In this document: positions 19,907 to 28,837 of the stretch, piece after piece
Layout of the letters: every line of letters begins with the position of its first letter
How positions within the stretch are numbered: the first letter of the stretch is position 1
Origin: Leptonemataceae bacterium
GTDB lineage: Bacteria; Spirochaetota; Leptospiria; Leptospirales; Leptonemataceae
Length of the DNA stretch: 64,000 nt
Assembly (NCBI GenBank): GCA_965227295.1
Contig: OZ245742.1
Coordinates: forward strand, 4,416,001 to 4,480,000
Reading direction: 5' to 3'
The notes under the pieces: generated by a model
Database searches by the model: none
What the model was told of the DNA's origin: nothing
Seen by the model: the letters and a program-made list of their open reading frames with translations, nothing else
Translations under genes and position numbers: made by a program

Positions 19907-21049
19907 TCAGTTTACGATCAGTTCCGCGTGCAGGGCACCCGAGTCTCGCAAGGCTTCGAGGATGGCAATAACGTCCTGGACGCTGGCTCCCATCTCGTTC
20001 AGCCCTTTGACGATTTCAGCGACGTTCGTACCGGAAAATTCCTGCGTCACCGGTTTGCGCTCACCGTCACCGCCTTCCTGGCCGGGCAGATGAATTCCCA
20101 AACGCGCATCGCGCATGTCGCCGGTTACGATCAGTTCCATGCCGCCGCGGGTTACCGCCACCGGATCCACGCGAACCTCACCGCCCATCACGATCGTACC
20201 CGTACGTTCGTTGATGACGACGCGCGCGCGGTAGTCCGGCTGGATGCGCATCTGTTCCATACGCGCGATGGTTTCGACGACGTTGGCGCCCTCCGGAATC
20301 GTTACGAGTATCGAACCGCCTTCGATGACGATCTCGGCCCCTTCTAATTCCTGGGCGAGCTTTTTGCTGACGAGATCGAGAGTCGAAAAATCAAACTGCA
20401 AGAGCGACACGCGTACCCGGCGGGCGTCGGGATTCTGCGCCGGATCGTTTTGATTCGGTTCGAGCAGATTCGCCGGCACTTCGCGTTCCACAATCGCACC
20501 GTTCAACACCAGGCCGACCGTCTCACCGGTACGGCTGTAACCGCGTTCCGGACTTTTGCCGCCGGTGGTGACGACTCCCTGGGCGACGGCATAAATACTT
20601 TGATTGCCCGCCACGAGCGGCGTCTGAATCAGCACGCCGCCTTCCAGGGAACGCGCGTCCCCGATGGAAGAAACCGTGGCGTTCAAACGATCGCCCCGGC
20701 CGGCAAAGGGCGGAACCTCCGCCGTCACAATGACCGCGGCGATGTTCCGCGCGTTCAGGCCGGCGTTCTCCAGATTCTGGCCGAGACCGCCCAGTAAATT
20801 GCGAATGGATTCCGATGCGAGCTTCGAGCGCGAATCTCCACTGCCCGGCAGGCCCACCACCAGTCCGTAACCGATCAACTGGTTCGTGCGCACACCCGTG
20901 ATGCGCGCGAGATCCTTGAGACGCACGCCGTCTTTTGCGTTCGCCGGCGTTTCGGCGTTTTCTTGCTCGGGTTGCTGGGCGGCCAGGGGCAGCGCCAGCA
21001 GGGTCAGCACGGTGACTAACATGATATTATTTATAGCTAACGATCTCAC
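19907..21049 (-). CDS. flgI: Flagellar P-ring protein
   Basis: GVRTNQLIGYGLVVGLPGSGD, SSIGDARSLEGG, VVINERTGTIVMG. Confidence 0.95.
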   Translation of the reverse strand: MRSLAINNIMLVTVLTLLALPLAAQQPEQENAETPANAKDGVRLKDLARITGVRTNQLIGYGLVVGLPGSGDSRSKLASESIRNLLGGLGQNLENAGLNARNIAAVIVTAEVPPFAGRGDRLNATVSSIGDARSLEGGVLIQTPLVAGNQSIYAVAQGVVTTGGKSPERGYSRTGETVGLVLNGAIVEREVPANLLEPNQNDPAQNPDARRVRVSLLQFDFSTLDLVSKKLAQELEGAEIVIEGGSILVTIPEGANVVETIARMEQMRIQPDYRARVVINERTGTIVMGGEVRVDPVAVTRGGMELIVTGDMRDARLGIHLPGQEGGDGERKPVTQEFSGTNVAEIVKGLNEMGASVQDVIAILEALRDSGALHAELIVN

Positions 21050-21720
21050 TGCTCGCCGCCTTCTCCCAGGACACGGTTCAGATACTCCAGCAGGAGTTGC
21101 TGCTGTTCGCGCTCGGACAGTTCCGCCGACGGCACCGCCGGATCGCCGGGGTTTTCACCGGGCACGGTTTTCAGTGGGATGTCCTTGGTCTGCGGGATGG
21201 GCAGGCCCGTAACGGTGATCTGGAGGTCGGCCACGGCCTCGGAGTCGATGCGGCGACCCGGCTGAATGTCGCCGATATGTACACGGCCGCTGACCTGGAA
21301 AAGCTGGCGCGTGCGTCCGTTCTCCTGAGCCAGTAGCTTTGTACCGGTGAATGTTACGGTTTCGTTTTCCACGTCGTCGCTGACCGTGACGGCCATCCGG
21401 AAACGAATGTGGCTGTCGGATTCCACGTCCGCCGTGGTCTTATTCGTGATGCTCTTCGTGCTGTCCGCCGGCGGCAAAAACGGCGTCAGGCTCTGATCCG
21501 GAACGATCTTGATCGTGATGTCCTCGTCGGACATGTTCTCGTATTCGTAGCGAATGCGAACGGGCTCGTCCACGTTCAGTTTCAGGATGGTTCCCTGCCG
21601 CAGATTGCGGTGAGATCCATACGGATTGTGATCCTGCCAGAGATTCTGGGCGAACAGATACGGGACGGACATCACCACTACGATGAAGACCGTCAGGATT
21701 TTGTAGATGAATTCGTTCAT
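21046..21720 (-). CDS. flgH: Divergent flagellar L-ring protein
   Basis: Position between flgA and flgI; SGRVHIGDI...IDSEAVADLQI resembles the FlgH C-terminal motif. Confidence 0.7.
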   Translation of the reverse strand: MNEFIYKILTVFIVVVMSVPYLFAQNLWQDHNPYGSHRNLRQGTILKLNVDEPVRIRYEYENMSDEDITIKIVPDQSLTPFLPPADSTKSITNKTTADVESDSHIRFRMAVTVSDDVENETVTFTGTKLLAQENGRTRQLFQVSGRVHIGDIQPGRRIDSEAVADLQITVTGLPIPQTKDIPLKTVPGENPGDPAVPSAELSEREQQQLLLEYLNRVLGEGGEQ

Positions 21721-22760
21721 CGCCCTTCCCCGTGATCGTCGGATTGGTTTTTGCGATCGTAAACGACGGTGCCCTCTCCGATCACAGTGACGGTCAGCGT
21801 TTTGGAATTCCGGCCGGACGGATACAGCACGCGCACCGGAATGCGATCGCCCGGATCGCCGTTGCGAAGGGCTACCGAACGCAGTCGAAACACCATCCCC
21901 GGCCGTTGATACACCAGGCGCAACGATTGGCCGCGGCGAATCACCGGCATAAGCTGAACGTGAGAGGAGGTAAGCTCGGTGCCGGAACGCACGTCGCTCA
22001 TTACACGCCGGCCGCTCAGATCACCGGAGGCGTACTGTGCGTCCTCATGTTCCAGTTCGCGTTCTTCCAGACGATAGTCGTCTTTCGTCAGACGATGGCC
22101 GACGGGCAAATCCCGTGCGGCAACGGGAATCTTGCGTTTCTTTAAGATCGTTACCTGAATCTGGTGCCGGGCAAAGACCACGTTCTTCGACGGACTCTCG
22201 CCGACGTCCTCCGGAACGACGTCCAGGGGAATAATGCGACGCCCCGGGCTGAGCGCACCGGCACGGGAGGGCAGACGATATAGAAGGCGAACCCCCTCGG
22301 ACGGCACCGGGATCTTTACGTTGGGAGCGAGCCGCAGCACGAGGCTACCGTCGCGCTCACCGCCGGACAGCGCGTCGATTTCTTTCAGAAGCATGGCTTC
22401 CAGCGCCTGGTTATCCAGGACTCGCCCCTGCGGCACAACCCAGGTCCCCGCCCCGTAGACACGTTCGAGTTTGCCCGGCCCGTTTCCCAGACCGCGTCGC
22501 AGCTCCGCGGCCTGCACGTAACGCGGTGCGTGCAGATCACGAAAGAGCAGCTTCTCTGCGATCTGCTTCGCATCCGCGGCGGAGGATTCCGCCCCCGCTT
22601 CCACACGACCCAGGTCGCCCAGACGGACCGGCCCGGCCGGTACTTGCACCTGACTCTGGAGATAGACGGAGTACGCAAAGAGCGCCTGCGGCATCATTAA
22701 GAAAAGACCGCAGACGATCAGTACCGGAAGCGCGCGCTTATGTGAACGGGGCAAACTCAA
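21717..22760 (-). CDS. flgA: Flagellar P-ring formation chaperone
   Basis: SAF-like VAARDLPVG; IRRGQ..ALRNGDPGDRIPV; operon position. Confidence 0.85.
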   Translation of the reverse strand: MSLPRSHKRALPVLIVCGLFLMMPQALFAYSVYLQSQVQVPAGPVRLGDLGRVEAGAESSAADAKQIAEKLLFRDLHAPRYVQAAELRRGLGNGPGKLERVYGAGTWVVPQGRVLDNQALEAMLLKEIDALSGGERDGSLVLRLAPNVKIPVPSEGVRLLYRLPSRAGALSPGRRIIPLDVVPEDVGESPSKNVVFARHQIQVTILKKRKIPVAARDLPVGHRLTKDDYRLEERELEHEDAQYASGDLSGRRVMSDVRSGTELTSSHVQLMPVIRRGQSLRLVYQRPGMVFRLRSVALRNGDPGDRIPVRVLYPSGRNSKTLTVTVIGEGTVVYDRKNQSDDHGEGR

Positions 22761-22770
22761 GGTTCCTCAA

Positions 22771-23568
22771 TTATCGCTTCATTCCGATGGCGGTGCCTAA
22801 CATCGTGTCGCTGGTAGTTACGGCCTTGGAGTTCGATTCGTAGGCGCGCTGGGCGACGATCATGTTCACCATTTCTTCGACGAGCTTTACATTAGAAGTT
22901 TCCAGAAATCCCTGCAACAGACCGCCGAAGCCGTCCAGGCCCGGTGTGCCCTGAATCTCAGGACCGCTGGCCACGGTTTCTTTGAACAGGTTCTTGCCGA
23001 TGGCCTTCAGCCCGGCCGGGTTAACGAAACGATAGGTATCGATCTGCCCGATGCGCGTGGGACGAATCTCGTCGCCGATCTTGACGGAGACTTCGCCGTT
23101 TTCCGTGATCTGGAGCGTGTTGTTGATCGCCCCGGGCGGCAACGTAATGGGCGGCTCTAAGAGATAACCGTTGGAAGTTACGATCTGACGGCGGCTGTCG
23201 ATTTTGAAACTGCCGTCCCGGGTGTAACCGAAGGTGCCGTCCGGTTGCAGGATCTTGAAGAAGCCCACCTCGGAAGTGATGGCGATGTCGAACTTATTGC
23301 CCGTGCCCTGGAGGCTGCCCATCTCGAAGAGCTTTTGCGTCGCAGCGGTTTTCACACCGTGGCCGACGTAGACGCCCGTGGGAATCTCGCTCACCGCCGT
23401 GGCCGGCGTTCCGGCCAGGATCTGCTGCTGATAGACGAGATCCTCAAAGTCCACCCGGTTCTTTTTGAAGCCGTAAGTGTTTACGTTCGCCAGGTTATTG
23501 GAAATCGTATCGATGTTGTACTGCTGTGCCACCATTCCACTGGCGGCGCTCCAGAGCGATCTAAGCAT
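22771..23568 (-). CDS. flgG: Flagellar distal rod protein
   Basis: NNLANVNTYGFKK, YTRDGSF, GFLETSNV, AQRAYESNSK. Confidence 0.96.
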   Translation of the reverse strand: MLRSLWSAASGMVAQQYNIDTISNNLANVNTYGFKKNRVDFEDLVYQQQILAGTPATAVSEIPTGVYVGHGVKTAATQKLFEMGSLQGTGNKFDIAITSEVGFFKILQPDGTFGYTRDGSFKIDSRRQIVTSNGYLLEPPITLPPGAINNTLQITENGEVSVKIGDEIRPTRIGQIDTYRFVNPAGLKAIGKNLFKETVASGPEIQGTPGLDGFGGLLQGFLETSNVKLVEEMVNMIVAQRAYESNSKAVTTSDTMLGTAIGMKR

Positions 23569-23679
23569 GTTGCCGTTCTCCTGCCGATCCGCATACGACC
23601 GGCGCCGGGACGCACGCGCCCCGTCCTGTACAGGATCGGCATTTCCGGAAAAAGAATGAGTAAATCGAGGGCTGCGGGA

Positions 23680-24933
23680 CTATTTCGGCTGCCGCCGGAC
23701 GACCAGGCAGCGGTTCGTATTCGTGCCTTTTTCGTTGTTTTTAACGTCCCAGCAGTTGGCGAGCTTGGTGAACTTCTGGGTGTTGATGAAGACCTCATCG
23801 GCGACGAGCATATCTCCGCCGGAGAGACGAATCGGCAGGCGCTCCAGCAACAGTTCTTCCAGGTTCGCCACCGCTCCACCGACGACCACTTCGCCGACCT
23901 CGATCACCGCCCGGCCGCCGGGTTTCAGAACCCGGCCGAGCTCCGCCATGACCGCGGCCATAAAATCACACCACTCAACAACGTCCGGGGTGATCGTCAG
24001 TTCCGGCTCCACCCCTTCCCGGCCCAGGAACCAGGCCCGCATCCAGTTGTCGGTGAGATAATCGACCTTATCCAGAAACGGCGGCGAGGTCACCACGAGG
24101 TCCACGCTACGGGGACGCAGACCGCGGAGTTTGCGAGCATCTTCGTTTAAGTAACGATTGCGCGCGGAGACGGATCGATACTGCTCCGGCAGTGCGGTAC
24201 CCAGGTCCGTTTTCATTTTGCGAATGATGCGTTCTTTGATCCCGCGGTACTCCGGGCGTTGATTGCGCCGCACGTTATTGCGCTGCTGGGCCTCGGGTAA
24301 AATCGAAATCTGCGGAAACGAATAAACCGAAAAGAAACCTCCGGAGTGGCCGTGCAGTCGCGAAAGCGCCGTGAGGCCGATGTAGCGCAGGGCATGGTCG
24401 CGCTCTTCGAAGGGCAGCGCTTCGTTCGTCAGGACCAGGGCACGCAGCGCCGCGATTTCTTCGAGCGTCTTCGAATGAAAGAACGGCAGTAACCGTTCGC
24501 GATCGCCTTCCGGCAATTCCGGCGCCCGGCTCAAGTCCAGGGCCTGCACACGTTCGCTGAGTTCGGCCAGGGACGGAATGCGCGAGCGAGCCGATGCCAG
24601 AAAGAGCGAAACGGGGTTCAGGTCATTGTGTACGCCGCGAAAGCCCAGGAGATTCGCCTGGATCACGGTCGTCCCGCGGCCGCCGAAGGGATCCAGCACC
24701 GTCGCCGAACGAACGCCGGCATCCGTAAGATAGCGGCGAATGAAAAAGTCCGGCAGCTCCGGTTTGAACGAGGCGCGATAGCTGACGGTATAGTGGATCG
24801 GATGCATCTGCCGCTGTTTCGCGGTCCAGAGTTCGCCGGCGCTCACGCGCACCTTCGAGGCGCCGATGCGCCGCACGGCGACCTCTAAGTTTCGTTGAGT
24901 GGATGGTTGTACTCTGCTGATTGCGGCCGACAT
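23680..24933 (-). CDS. Orphan amino (N4-C/N6-A) DNA methyltransferase
   Basis: Motif I LDPFGGRGTT precedes motif IV VTSPPF; RVLKPGG; start uncertain. Confidence 0.85.
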   Translation of the reverse strand: MSAAISRVQPSTQRNLEVAVRRIGASKVRVSAGELWTAKQRQMHPIHYTVSYRASFKPELPDFFIRRYLTDAGVRSATVLDPFGGRGTTVIQANLLGFRGVHNDLNPVSLFLASARSRIPSLAELSERVQALDLSRAPELPEGDRERLLPFFHSKTLEEIAALRALVLTNEALPFEERDHALRYIGLTALSRLHGHSGGFFSVYSFPQISILPEAQQRNNVRRNQRPEYRGIKERIIRKMKTDLGTALPEQYRSVSARNRYLNEDARKLRGLRPRSVDLVVTSPPFLDKVDYLTDNWMRAWFLGREGVEPELTITPDVVEWCDFMAAVMAELGRVLKPGGRAVIEVGEVVVGGAVANLEELLLERLPIRLSGGDMLVADEVFINTQKFTKLANCWDVKNNEKGTNTNRCLVVRRQPK

Positions 24934-24987
24934 CTTCGAGATTGTCGGCGCAGCACAAGACGCAGGCGGACTTTTTTCGGATTTCAA

Positions 24988-25121
24988 CTCTTCGCGTCAG
25001 CGATACGGAGGGTTGCGCCGCCAGGCGCAATTCCGGAGCGCGAAGCGCGGAGGAACGAGCGATTAGCGAGCCCGGAGTAGCGCGGTCCTGGCCGCCTGGG
25101 CCTGGCGGCCAGGAGACGCCC
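24988..25121 (+). repeat. Palindrome-rich dispersed repeat, family B
   Basis: CTCTTCGCGTCAGCGAT...GCGCGGTCC-hairpin-GGAGACGCCC, shared with 59463-59591. Confidence 0.85.
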
Positions 25122-25296
25122 GGGTCCAATCGCTACCGCAAGAATCTACATCCGATGTGCTGTTTTCTATATATAGTCGCTCTCAGCGGATTTGAATTTT
25201 GGTACGCCCCCGAAAAAAAGTTTCTTCTGCATTTCTCAAGAGACCGATCTTGAATGTGAAGATTCTGCGTTTAGAGGTTCAAGGAGGACACTCGAA

Positions 25297-26145
25297 ATGG
25301 TCATCAATCACAATATAAGCGCGATCAACGCTCATCGTAACTTGAAGTTTAACGACTACGAAATGATGGGCGATATCGAGAAGCTGTCGTCCGGTATGCG
25401 GATCAACCGTGCCGGCGACGACGCCGCGGGTCTCGCGGTATCGGAAAAGATGCGCACCCAGGTCCACGGCCTGCGCCAGGCGACCCGGAACGCCGAAGAC
25501 GGCATTTCGTTCATTCAAACAACGGAAGGCTACTTACAGGAAACGCAGAATATGCTTCAGCGTATCCGTGTTCTGGCCGTCCAGGCCGCGAACGGCATCT
25601 ACACCGCGGAAGACCGCCAGCAAATCCAGGTGGAAATTTCCCAGCTTATCGATGAAATCGATCGCATTGCATCTCAGGCCGAGTTCAATAAGATGAAGAT
25701 GCTCACCGGCGCCTTCGCCCGTCTGAACCCGTCCGCTTCGATGTGGTTTCACATCGGCGCCAACATGCACCAGCGCGAACGTGTCTATGTAAACACCATG
25801 ACCACTGCCGCCCTGGGTCTGCGGAACCCCACCGTGCTCACGTTTATTTCGATCAGCACGCCGGACAAGGCCAACTCCGTCATCGGACTGGCGGACGACG
25901 CCCTCCGCCGCGTAAGCAAGCAACGCGCGGACCTCGGTGCTTACCAGAACCGCCTCGAACACGCGACCAAGGGACTCATGAACGCCTACGAAAACATCCA
26001 GGCGGCGGAATCCCGCATTCGCGACACCGATATGGCCGAACGCATGACGTCGTTCACCCGCTATCAGATTCTCGTGCAGGCCGCCACCGCGATGGTCGCC
26101 CAATCGAACATGCGGACGCAGACGGTCATGCAGCTCCTCCGTTAA
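25297..26145 (+). CDS. flaB: Flagellin (spirochaete FlaB core protein)
   Basis: [59 protein letters not shown]. Confidence 0.97.
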   Translation: MVINHNISAINAHRNLKFNDYEMMGDIEKLSSGMRINRAGDDAAGLAVSEKMRTQVHGLRQATRNAEDGISFIQTTEGYLQETQNMLQRIRVLAVQAANGIYTAEDRQQIQVEISQLIDEIDRIASQAEFNKMKMLTGAFARLNPSASMWFHIGANMHQRERVYVNTMTTAALGLRNPTVLTFISISTPDKANSVIGLADDALRRVSKQRADLGAYQNRLEHATKGLMNAYENIQAAESRIRDTDMAERMTSFTRYQILVQAATAMVAQSNMRTQTVMQLLR

Positions 26146-26216
26146 GTTTTAGTTTATCGCAGGATCTTTACAGGGAAAAACAATCACAACACACAGAAGT
26201 CACACACGATGACAAC

Positions 26217-26253
26217 AAAAGCCGGCGCAGGAACCTCCCCTCGCCGGCTTTTT
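26217..26253 (+). terminator. Intrinsic terminator after flaB
   Basis: AAAAGCCGGCG...CGCCGGCTTTTT. Confidence 0.8.
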
Positions 26254-26266
26254 ATTTACCATTCTT

Positions 26267-26463
26267 CTCTTCGCGTTAGCTGCTCCTCTCCGGCGTAGCG
26301 AGGGGGACGCCCCAAAAAAATTATCTGTATTTTCTTTTGGGCGTCTCCCCGCCGCCAGGCCCTGGCGGCGGGGATCGGGCTGCTACAGGCTCCGCTGCGC
26401 TTCGGTCTTCGCTACGCGAAGACTCGCGCTGGCGCGCGACCTTCCGCATCCCTGACGCGAAGA
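26267..26463. repeat. Family B inverted pair: internally deleted + copy (26267-26313) and full - copy (26339-26463)
   Basis: CTCTTCGCGTTAGC..GGGGACGCCC on +; TCTTCGCGTCAGGGAT..GGAGACGCCC on -. Confidence 0.75.
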
Positions 26464-26504
26464 ATCGTCGATTTAGAAGTTATCTTTAGTAATTTGAGCC
26501 GTCT

Positions 26505-27353
26505 TCAAAACGCGAAGCCGACACCGACCCGGCCGTTGATTTCGCGCAGGTCGCCGTCGAAGCTGTCGCCGCCACTGCTGGAACCGCCGAAGAGCGTATC
26601 GCCGGCGCCGTTGGCTACCGTGCCCTTGATCTCGTTGTTCACCCAGTCGGCTTCCGTTACAACGTAGATGTTGTCCGTGAAAAAGAAACGAAAACCCGCG
26701 CCGATCCCGTACCGTATCACGTCCAGGCGCGACGCCTGGGTCTGGCCGTAACCGGCGATACCCCGAAAGTAGAGATCGATGGCGCCGTCACCGCCGAAGG
26801 GGTGGAACGCGACGTTAAGATCACCTGCCGTAATGCGATCGAAGTCGTTGGCGCTCGTCGTCAAATACGGCCACACGTTTTCCAGGCTGGCAAACGTTCC
26901 GCGCAGCGACGGAATCAACAGGGCCGTACCGAGAAAGCCGAACTCCGCCGCCGCCGGTACGAGGCGCGCGTTCTGCGCTGAGTAGCTTTGATGAGTCGCC
27001 GACAGGCCGATGCCCAGCACGTCAAAGAGCGCGTACTCAAACGTAAGCTGACCGCCGAAGGAAGTTAGATCCGCCTCGGGGGCGTTCTGCCGCGAAATGT
27101 ATTGCAAAGCGGCGGCGCTGGTGTCACCGTTGAGCGCGGTCACCGGACCAATGGGCAAAATGCGGTTCTGATCTTTATAGAGATTGTAAACGTCGCCGCC
27201 GAAGTGGAGACCCCAGCCGGCCTTCAGGTCTAAAAGGAAACGACCTTCTTTGAAGCCCGTGGACTGGGCAAAGAGGGACGCGGGCGCGGACAGGACGGCC
27301 AGGATAACGGCCGCTAACACCAGACGGTTCGACTTTTGGAAAGAACGTAGCAT
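26505..27353 (-). CDS. Putative outer-membrane beta-barrel protein
   Basis: Signal peptide, alternating beta-strand pattern, C-terminal Phe (RVGVGFAF). Confidence 0.75.
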   Translation of the reverse strand: MLRSFQKSNRLVLAAVILAVLSAPASLFAQSTGFKEGRFLLDLKAGWGLHFGGDVYNLYKDQNRILPIGPVTALNGDTSAAALQYISRQNAPEADLTSFGGQLTFEYALFDVLGIGLSATHQSYSAQNARLVPAAAEFGFLGTALLIPSLRGTFASLENVWPYLTTSANDFDRITAGDLNVAFHPFGGDGAIDLYFRGIAGYGQTQASRLDVIRYGIGAGFRFFFTDNIYVVTEADWVNNEIKGTVANGAGDTLFGGSSSGGDSFDGDLREINGRVGVGFAF

Positions 27354-27547
27354 TGAATCCTCCTGCTCGCCGCGGCGAGCACCGGTTCCAGACCGGTATG
27401 TATGTTTCGCTGGTGTCAGACGAACAGGAGGATTCGCAGGTTCAACCGTTTTAAGGGCCGGCGCCCGTTTCCAGGACATTAGCGATTGACTCGGCTGCGC
27501 CGAGTCCTCATTGTAGGCGTGCGACTCACGCGTCTATAGCCGCCTAC

Positions 27548-28247
27548 GTTAAGCGAAATCCGGTCCTTCTATATGACCTGGTATGCGAGCCAAATATTAG
27601 CCAGTCGAGCAGCACTCCCCGAGCTTCAAAAAGATCCTTACCTCTCGAAAGGCCTCTACCGAATTCCGAAATCCATGCACATCGATGGGCTTTCCCTTTC
27701 AGAAGACTTGCTGGTAGCGAGGGAAGTAGTCTTTGCAGCGGAGACCCACGAATCCAAATGGTACTCTAAAGCCTCTTTGCCGTGGCTCTCCTACTCCTCG
27801 AACTCTCCATCCGAAAGTGTGTCCCGGATCTTAAACAACGCATCAGACTGTTTTGAGGATTCTGAGTCTGAGATTCTGCCCGCCCAGTTCTTGGAGCTAC
27901 TCCAGAATATTGCGTCCAGCAGTAGCTCTACCATCGTCTATTACACCGCTCAAATGTGGGGCGGACTATACGACAAAGAACTGGCGTTCTGCTTCGACAG
28001 TGAACTTCGAGTCTATTGCCGAATGGAAAAGAACCAGATCATAGAAGTCTCACTGGATAAGAGGACAGAAAAGGGCAAGGACAGCTCACCAATTCAGATC
28101 GCGCTGCAATTTCTCGGTCATACTCTGCAATCCAGCTACTGCGAATTTCTAAGCCGTACCTTTCCCTGGAGTACCTTTGATCTAACTGCACGTTAAGCGC
28201 TGCGAGCTCGCTTACGCTCGTGCGCGGTCGCACAACTTCGCTTTAAG
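27548..28247 (+). mobile_element. Probable orphan integron gene-cassette remnant
   Basis: GTTAAGC-GAAAT (GTTRRRY) at 27548, 25 bp before the ATG; near-complement ACTTCGCTTTAA at 28235 after the stop; no integrase in the window. Confidence 0.45.
27573..28196 (+). CDS. Hypothetical protein with atypical, lower-GC composition
   Basis: 207-aa ORF, visibly richer in A/T than its neighbours. Confidence 0.7.
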   Translation: MTWYASQILASRAALPELQKDPYLSKGLYRIPKSMHIDGLSLSEDLLVAREVVFAAETHESKWYSKASLPWLSYSSNSPSESVSRILNNASDCFEDSESEILPAQFLELLQNIASSSSSTIVYYTAQMWGGLYDKELAFCFDSELRVYCRMEKNQIIEVSLDKRTEKGKDSSPIQIALQFLGHTLQSSYCEFLSRTFPWSTFDLTAR

Positions 28248-28317
28248 ACGTACGCCAGGTGAAATTAGCCAGGGAACCCAATGCAGTACATTCATCAGAG
28301 CGCATGCGGCTGCTCGA

Positions 28318-28623
28318 CTCTTGCGCCAGGGATTGGAAGGGTCGCGAAGCGAGGGCCTGACTAAAAAGGCCGCTCAGGGATGACGGAGCGGCCGCAGACT
28401 ATCAATTCTTGCGTTAGCGATTGGAGGGGTGGGCCGAAGGCCCAGTCTCAGCCGTCTTCGGCTGAGACCGCAGCGAAGCGGAGCCCCGGGCCGCTCTCGG
28501 ACATCCTGTCCTTCGCGGCATAAGGCCATCCATGGCCAAAAAAGCGCGACCAATTCCGCCCCGCTTGTCGGGGCGGAATTCCTTCTCTTCCCCACCGAGC
28601 GCGAAGCGCGGAGGGGAACTCCC
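28318..28623 (+). repeat. Family B copies (truncated 28318-28352, extended 28406-28623) in a palindrome-dense intergenic region
   Basis: CTCTTGCGCCAGGGATTGGAAGGG; TCTTGCGTTAGCGATTGGAGGGG..GCGGAGCCCCGG..AAAGCGCG..GGGAACTCCC; several perfect hairpins. Confidence 0.7.
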
Positions 28624-28837
28624 AGGCAAGAATTACTTTACTGTAAGTTAACGTTGCGATTTTTGGCTTGAAATAACTATGGAATTAAAGCGAGACTTTT
28701 TGATGGCGACATCGTCTCCCGCGACTTATTGGTCATCCCCCGAAGCCGAAGGCACGGAATCGTCGTAGCCGATTCCTCACCCGAAGACGCGCAAGGCGCG
28801 TCGCTACCTTCAAGCCCTGGAAAGCCCTGCCTGTTAC

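Noticed and set aside
21046..21720. L-ring gene in a spirochaete as a novelty
   Set aside because: Leptospiraceae are known to retain flgH and flgI
25192..25296. Sigma-28 promoter for flaB
   Set aside because: A CCGAT is present, but I found no -35 element at a convincing spacing
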